This document shows, piece after piece, positions 59,220-64,000 of a DNA stretch of 64,000 nucleotides. Position 1 is the first letter of the stretch; every line of letters begins with the position of its first letter. This stretch comes from Candidatus Woesearchaeota archaeon (GTDB taxonomy: Archaea > Nanobdellota > Nanobdellia > Woesearchaeales > GCA-2686295). Under the pieces are notes generated by a model. That model saw nothing but the letters and a program-made list of their open reading frames with translations, was not told where the DNA came from and ran no database searches. Where the stretch lies: positions 17,408 through 81,407 of the forward strand of contig CALDOJ010000038.1 in assembly GCA_937912225.1 (NCBI GenBank), written 5' to 3'. The position numbers were made by a program, and so were the translations under genes.

Positions 59220-60452
59220 ATGAATATATGTTTTTATTTTCAAGTACACCAACCGTACAGACTTAGAACTTATTCGGTGTTTGATATAGGTCAATCAAAA
59301 AATTATTTTGATGATGAAAAGAATAAGGAGATAATGTTAAAAGTAGCAAAAAAATGTTATTTACCAACTAACAAACTTATTTTAGATTTAATAAAAAAAC
59401 ACAAAGGAGCATTCAAAGTAGCATTTAGCATCTCAGGAGTTGCATTACAACAATTTGAAGAATGCGCTCCAGAAGTATTAGCTTCATTTCAAGAATTAGC
59501 AAAGACTGGATGCGTAGAATTTTTATCAGAAACTTATTATCACTCATTAGCTTATCTTTATTCAAAAGAGGAATTTGAAGAACAAGTAAAATTACATAAG
59601 AAAAAAATCAAGAAACTTTTCAATCAAGACCCAATAATTTTTAGACATACAGAACTTATCTATAATAATGAATTAGCAAATTATGTTGAGAAAATGGGCT
59701 ATAAAGGAATCCTTGCAGAAGGAGCGGATCATGTTCTTGGTTGGAGATCACCAAATTATGTTTACACACCAAAAGGAACTAGCAAGATTAAATTATTATT
59801 AAAAAACTATAAACTTAGTGATGATGTAGCATTTAGATTTGGAGATAAATCTTGGAAAGAACACCCATTAACAGTTGAAAAATTTGCAACATGGGTAGAA
59901 CAAAACGAAGGAGATTCAATAAATCTATTCATGGATTATGAAACCTTTGGAGAACATCAATGGGAACACACAGGAATATTTGAGTTCATAAAACATCTGC
60001 CAGAAGAAATTCTAAAAAGAAACATTGGTTTTAAATTTCCATCAGAACTATTAATATTTGAACCAAAAGCAGAATTAGACGTTCATAACTTCATGTCATG
60101 GGCAGATGTAGAACGAGACCTAAGTGCATGGTTAGGAAACAAAATTCAAGAATCTGCAATTAATGAATTATACATGATTGAAGAATCAGTTAAAAAATTA
60201 AAAGATGAGAAATTGCTTGAAGATTGGAGAAAACTAACAACATCAGATCATTTCTATTACATGTGTACTAAATGGTTTAATGACGGGGATGTACACAAAT
60301 ATTTTAACCCATACGACAGTCCATATGATGCATTCATAACATATATGAATATACTAAATGATATGATTATTAGAATTAAAATGAAACAAGGATTAAAAGT
60401 CAGTCCTAATTTTAAAATAAGTGAACATTCAAGTTCAGAGATTAGAACATAA
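59220..60452 (+). CDS. Glycoside hydrolase family 57 protein (alpha-amylase / alpha-glucanotransferase / branching-enzyme type)
   Basis: GH57 N-terminal signature ICFYFQVHQPYRL and downstream acidic catalytic-region pattern. Confidence 0.65.
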   Translation: MNICFYFQVHQPYRLRTYSVFDIGQSKNYFDDEKNKEIMLKVAKKCYLPTNKLILDLIKKHKGAFKVAFSISGVALQQFEECAPEVLASFQELAKTGCVEFLSETYYHSLAYLYSKEEFEEQVKLHKKKIKKLFNQDPIIFRHTELIYNNELANYVEKMGYKGILAEGADHVLGWRSPNYVYTPKGTSKIKLLLKNYKLSDDVAFRFGDKSWKEHPLTVEKFATWVEQNEGDSINLFMDYETFGEHQWEHTGIFEFIKHLPEEILKRNIGFKFPSELLIFEPKAELDVHNFMSWADVERDLSAWLGNKIQESAINELYMIEESVKKLKDEKLLEDWRKLTTSDHFYYMCTKWFNDGDVHKYFNPYDSPYDAFITYMNILNDMIIRIKMKQGLKVSPNFKISEHSSSEIRT

Positions 60453-60463
60453 AAGAGGTAAAA

Positions 60464-60817
60464 ATGGTTTTGCAAGAATACGAACACTTTCATTTCATTC
60501 ACGGAACAAAAGCAGAAAAGATAGATGATTTAAAAGAAGGAATTATTGGCATGACTGAAGCAGATTTTAAACATCATGTAACTGCAAAAAAGAATGATTT
60601 CGCAACTTGGCTACATCAAACATTCAAAGAAGAAAAACTTGCATCAAAACTTAGAAAGATAAAAACAAAAGAGAATACAATCAAAGCATTAGAAGAATAT
60701 TTAGAAGAAAAAAATAAAAACTATTCAATTGAATACCGAAGATTTGTTGTAAAAGAATTCATGTATGGACTGGTAATAGGTTTAATCATTGGATTTATAA
60801 TTGCAAAACTGATATAA
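60464..60817 (+). CDS. Hypothetical small protein with C-terminal TM anchor
   Basis: 117 aa. Hydrophobic C-terminus MYGLVIGLIIGFIIAKLI. Confidence 0.35.
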   Translation: MVLQEYEHFHFIHGTKAEKIDDLKEGIIGMTEADFKHHVTAKKNDFATWLHQTFKEEKLASKLRKIKTKENTIKALEEYLEEKNKNYSIEYRRFVVKEFMYGLVIGLIIGFIIAKLI

Positions 60818-60821
60818 AAAA

Positions 60822-62609
60822 ATGGCTAAAAAAGGAAACGCGGATTATGTATTTGAAGCATCATGGGAAGTATGCAATAAAGTAGGAGGCATATACACTG
60901 TAGTAAAAAGTAAAGCGTATGCAATGAAAGCGTTTTACAAAAATTATTTTTTAGTAGGGCCTTATGTTTCAGACAAATCTCTATTAGAATTAAATCAAAA
61001 AGAACCACCTAAAGAAATTAAAGAGGCATTTGATGAACTAGGTCAGCAAGGATTAAAGTTCTACTATGGTACTTGGGATGCAAGTGGAAGTCCAAATGCG
61101 ATACTTATTGATTTTCAGTCATTAGTAGGTCAAAAAAATGAAATGAAAAAATGGCTTTGGGAAAATTACAAAATAGATTCACTTAATTCAAACTGGGACT
61201 TTGATGAACCAGTAATATGGTCATGGGCAGTTTCCCTTCTTTTAGAAAGGCTAGCTAACAAACTGTCAGACAAGAAGGTGGTCGGACATTTTCATGAATG
61301 GATGTCCGGCGTTCCTATTCTTTATTTCAAAACAAAGAATGTGAATATAGCGTCTGTATTTACAACTCATGCAACAATTTTAGGAAGAACAATTGCTGGA
61401 GGAGGTGATGATCTTTATGGAATGTTAGAATCTATGAATCCTGAGAAAGAAGCATATAGAAGAGGAGTACAAGATAAGTTCTTAATGGAAAGAGCTTGTG
61501 CACAAACTGCAAATATATTTACAACAGTTTCAGAAATTACTGCTATAGAATCTGAAACGATTTTGGGCAGAAAACCTGAAGTGATTCTTAACAATGGATT
61601 AACACTTAAGAAATTTCCAACAATTGAAGAAACATCTGTAAAACATTTAATGACTCGAGATAAAATTAGAGAGTTCTTAACATTTCATTTCTTCCCATAC
61701 TACTCATTTGATTTAAGACACAACTTAACATTCTTCATAGTAGGAAGATATGAATTCAAAAATAAAGGACTTGATGTTTTAATAAAAGCGCTTGGAAAAT
61801 TAAACGATAAACTAAAAGCTGGAAATACAAAAAGAACTATTTCAGTTATGTTTTGGATACCTTTGGGTAATACGGGTGCAAAAATGGAAGTCTTTGAAAA
61901 CAAAAACTATTATCGTCATATTAAAAACTATGTTGATTGGCATGCAAATGATATTTTAAAATTAATTGTAGAAGATGTAGTTAGTTCAAAAACACCAGAT
62001 GTTCATAGTATATTTACAGAGGATTTTTTAAACAATATAGAACGAGACCTTGTACAATTCAAAAGACAAGGAAATCCATTAATTGCAACTCATAACATTA
62101 ATAATGAAAATAATATAGAAATGCTTAATAGCTTAAAAGAACATGGTCTAAACAATAAAAAAGAAGACAAAGTAAAAGTAGTTGTTTACCCAGTTTATCT
62201 TGATGGAAATGATGGTATGATAAACCTTTCTTATTATGATGCGCTTGCAGGTTCACACTTAGGAATATTTCCGAGTTACTACGAACCATGGGGTTATACA
62301 CCTGTAGAAACAGCTGCAATGGGTGTTTCAGCAGTTACAACTGATTTAGCAGGATTTGGTCGATTCATAAAACCAAAAATTAAACAAGACCAAAAAGGTA
62401 AAATCAAAGGAATTTATTTACTTGAACGATATCAAAAATCAGAGGAAGAAGTAGTTGAAGATTTATACAAAATAATGCACGACTTCTCTTCATTAAATCA
62501 TGAAGAAAGAGTTCAAAGTAAAGTAGCAGCAAAGAATTTAACAAAATATGTTGATTGGAAACACTTTGTAGAGAATTATATGGACGCCCATAATAAAGCT
62601 TTAGAATGA
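60822..62609 (+). CDS. Glycogen synthase, eukaryote-like GT3 family
   Basis: N-terminal FEASWEVCNKVGGIYTVVKSKA matches the GT3 glycogen synthase signature (E.SWE.ANKVGGIYTV). 595 aa. Confidence 0.75.
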   Translation: MAKKGNADYVFEASWEVCNKVGGIYTVVKSKAYAMKAFYKNYFLVGPYVSDKSLLELNQKEPPKEIKEAFDELGQQGLKFYYGTWDASGSPNAILIDFQSLVGQKNEMKKWLWENYKIDSLNSNWDFDEPVIWSWAVSLLLERLANKLSDKKVVGHFHEWMSGVPILYFKTKNVNIASVFTTHATILGRTIAGGGDDLYGMLESMNPEKEAYRRGVQDKFLMERACAQTANIFTTVSEITAIESETILGRKPEVILNNGLTLKKFPTIEETSVKHLMTRDKIREFLTFHFFPYYSFDLRHNLTFFIVGRYEFKNKGLDVLIKALGKLNDKLKAGNTKRTISVMFWIPLGNTGAKMEVFENKNYYRHIKNYVDWHANDILKLIVEDVVSSKTPDVHSIFTEDFLNNIERDLVQFKRQGNPLIATHNINNENNIEMLNSLKEHGLNNKKEDKVKVVVYPVYLDGNDGMINLSYYDALAGSHLGIFPSYYEPWGYTPVETAAMGVSAVTTDLAGFGRFIKPKIKQDQKGKIKGIYLLERYQKSEEEVVEDLYKIMHDFSSLNHEERVQSKVAAKNLTKYVDWKHFVENYMDAHNKALE

Positions 62610-63053
62610 TTAATTAAGCATTAGTTGTCTTAACTGATAATGTTGTTCAGAACGGTTTCTAGGAACATATGTTCTATCAAGTTCAGAACAATCTAAATCA
62701 TTTACTAGTGTAGGTTTAGAAGGATAAGGAATATCTATTTTAAAATTACTGGGTTCGAACGGATTATAATCTTTCTTAACAGGTCCAATTAATCTAAAAG
62801 AAACATAACCTTCATCAGAATGACTTTCTCTAATAACATTACTTGCAGGTTTTTCTGGTTTATAATCTAATTTTGGAAATGTTTGAATTGCTTTTACAAT
62901 ATCAGATCTACTCATACCTTCTGTAGGGTCCTTAATAAATTTAAAAGCATAGATGCCAGGTTGTATTTTTTTTTGCAAAATATTTTCACCTAATGGTTCC
63001 CAACCAACTTCATCATCAATAGTTTTTCTTTTAAACCAGTTTAAGACTCCCAT
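62610..63053 (-). CDS. Hypothetical protein
   Basis: 147-aa ORF with no recognised motif. Tail-to-tail with the GT3 gene. Confidence 0.3.
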   Translation of the reverse strand: MGVLNWFKRKTIDDEVGWEPLGENILQKKIQPGIYAFKFIKDPTEGMSRSDIVKAIQTFPKLDYKPEKPASNVIRESHSDEGYVSFRLIGPVKKDYNPFEPSNFKIDIPYPSKPTLVNDLDCSELDRTYVPRNRSEQHYQLRQLMLN

Positions 63054-63095
63054 TTAATAAGATAATTGTATTAATTATATAATAGTTACTATTTT

Positions 63096-64000
63096 TTAGA
63101 AAGATTTCTTAACTTTTTCAAACACTTTGTAAGGGTCACTTGCAATAACACTAGTTCCAGCAAAAACTTCTAAACCACCAAAGTCACCAGTTTTAACATT
63201 TAAATTTCCACGATCAACTATTCTAACAACAAGTGGAAAATTCCAAGAATTATCAAGAGGAGAAAGATAAATTCCAACATTAAAGCTTTGAACACCTAGT
63301 TTCAAATAAGCTTTCAAAACCTTGTAAACAGCGCTAGAAACAGATTCAAGATCAGAACCAATAATCATAACTTCTTTTTCTTTTCTAGGAGTTAAATTCA
63401 TAAAAATTTTATTCTCATTTTTTTTAAAACCTAAACCAACAGCTTCATGAACAGAATATAAATCTTCAAAGTAATTAGACTTAAAAGCTATTTTATAACC
63501 TTCACTAAATCGTTTCAATCTTTCAATTTCACCATAATGTCTTTCTTTACCAAGAATTATCTGCATATGTCCATGAACAATACTAGACCCTGCTCTCCAA
63601 AGACAATTCCAAAGAACATAAGGATAAACTCTTTTTTTATCCATCGCATTTGCTTCTTTAATCCATTTATTAGCAGTTTTAAAATAATCTGAAACATCCT
63701 TTTCTTTAAAACCAAGAGGGTTGTGTTTATCAAAAACTACAATTCCATGAAGAGCATCGTACTTGGCAATATTACTAGCAGTCTTTGATTTATCACCAAT
63801 AATTCGGCCAAAAACATCATTTGCAGTTTGTGAATCAAGATTACAAAAAAACCCTCCTTCTTGATCTTTAATAATTTTTTTAACTTCTGAATCTGACTTC
63901 ATATTAATAGGAACATTTGCTCGTAATTCATTAAATAAAGCAGTTTCACAAGTAATATTATTATCAATTCGAATAATCTTTTGTTTTTCAACAGCTTTAA
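63096..64000 (-). CDS. GalT-like HIT-family nucleotidyltransferase/phosphorylase (HxHxQ motif), 5'-truncated by the window end
   Basis: Histidine triad-like VHGHMQI (H-x-H-x-Q) as in galactose-1-phosphate uridylyltransferase / ADP-glucose phosphorylase. The reading frame stays open upstream of the annotated Met to nt 64000. Confidence 0.45.
   Translation of the reverse strand, partial: KAVEKQKIIRIDNNITCETALFNELRANVPINMKSDSEVKKIIKDQEGGFFCNLDSQTANDVFGRIIGDKSKTASNIAKYDALHGIVVFDKHNPLGFKEKDVSDYFKTANKWIKEANAMDKKRVYPYVLWNCLWRAGSSIVHGHMQIILGKERHYGEIERLKRFSEGYKIAFKSNYFEDLYSVHEAVGLGFKKNENKIFMNLTPRKEKEVMIIGSDLESVSSAVYKVLKAYLKLGVQSFNVGIYLSPLDNSWNFPLVVRIVDRGNLNVKTGDFGGLEVFAGTSVIASDPYKVFEKVKKSF

Noticed and set aside
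1-64000. CRISPR arrays, integrases, transposases or prophage genes (looked for especially near the two tRNA genes)
   Set aside because: No regularly spaced direct repeats and no integrase/transposase-like ORFs were found. The tRNA flanks contain ordinary genes.

Overview
AT-rich (~30% GC by eye) archaeal chromosomal window, probably from a DPANN-type or other small-genome archaeon. That assignment is an inference from archaeal-type AglB/STT3, RFC, GlyRS, a FlaI/TadC-like pilus system, an RPA-like OB protein, Mre11/HerA and an intron-containing tRNA.

Layout:
- 1-21.5 kb: a large protein-glycosylation (agl-like) island built around the oligosaccharyltransferase aglB. It holds three GT4 and two GT2 glycosyltransferases, two B12-binding radical-SAM enzymes each next to class I methyltransferases, two NAD-dependent sugar epimerases/dehydratases, a bacterial-style carbamoyltransferase cassette (split SxtJ-like / CmcH-NodU-like / DUF5989), an ArnC/ArnE/ArnF/ArnT-like lipid-linked sugar transfer set, and a geranylgeranyl-reductase-family gene.
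- 21.6-25.3 kb: two large secreted surface proteins with C-terminal membrane anchors.
- 25.3-35.9 kb: tRNAs, including one with a ~53-nt intron. Housekeeping genes include YchF, RFC large subunit, glycine-, aspartate- and asparagine-tRNA ligases, an RPA-like OB protein, Taw3, CorA and Nudix. Also present are an M15 peptidase and a frameshifted DUF2062 gene.
- 36-43.5 kb: a type-IV-pilus-like ATPase/membrane-platform operon next to three tandem paralogous membrane proteins.
- 48.4-51.9 kb: a herA / alpha-beta-hydrolase / mre11 operon without rad50 or nurA.
- 52.8-54.9 kb: a KaiC-like ATPase paired with a PQQ beta-propeller protein.
- 57.1-64 kb: a glycogen/alpha-glucan locus (GT4/GT5-like synthase, GH57, eukaryote-like GT3 glycogen synthase, GalT-like HIT enzyme) with an 18-bp perfect palindrome in its divergent promoter.

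No CRISPR array, integrase or transposase was recognised. All functional calls are from motif recognition in the translated ORFs. No database search was run.
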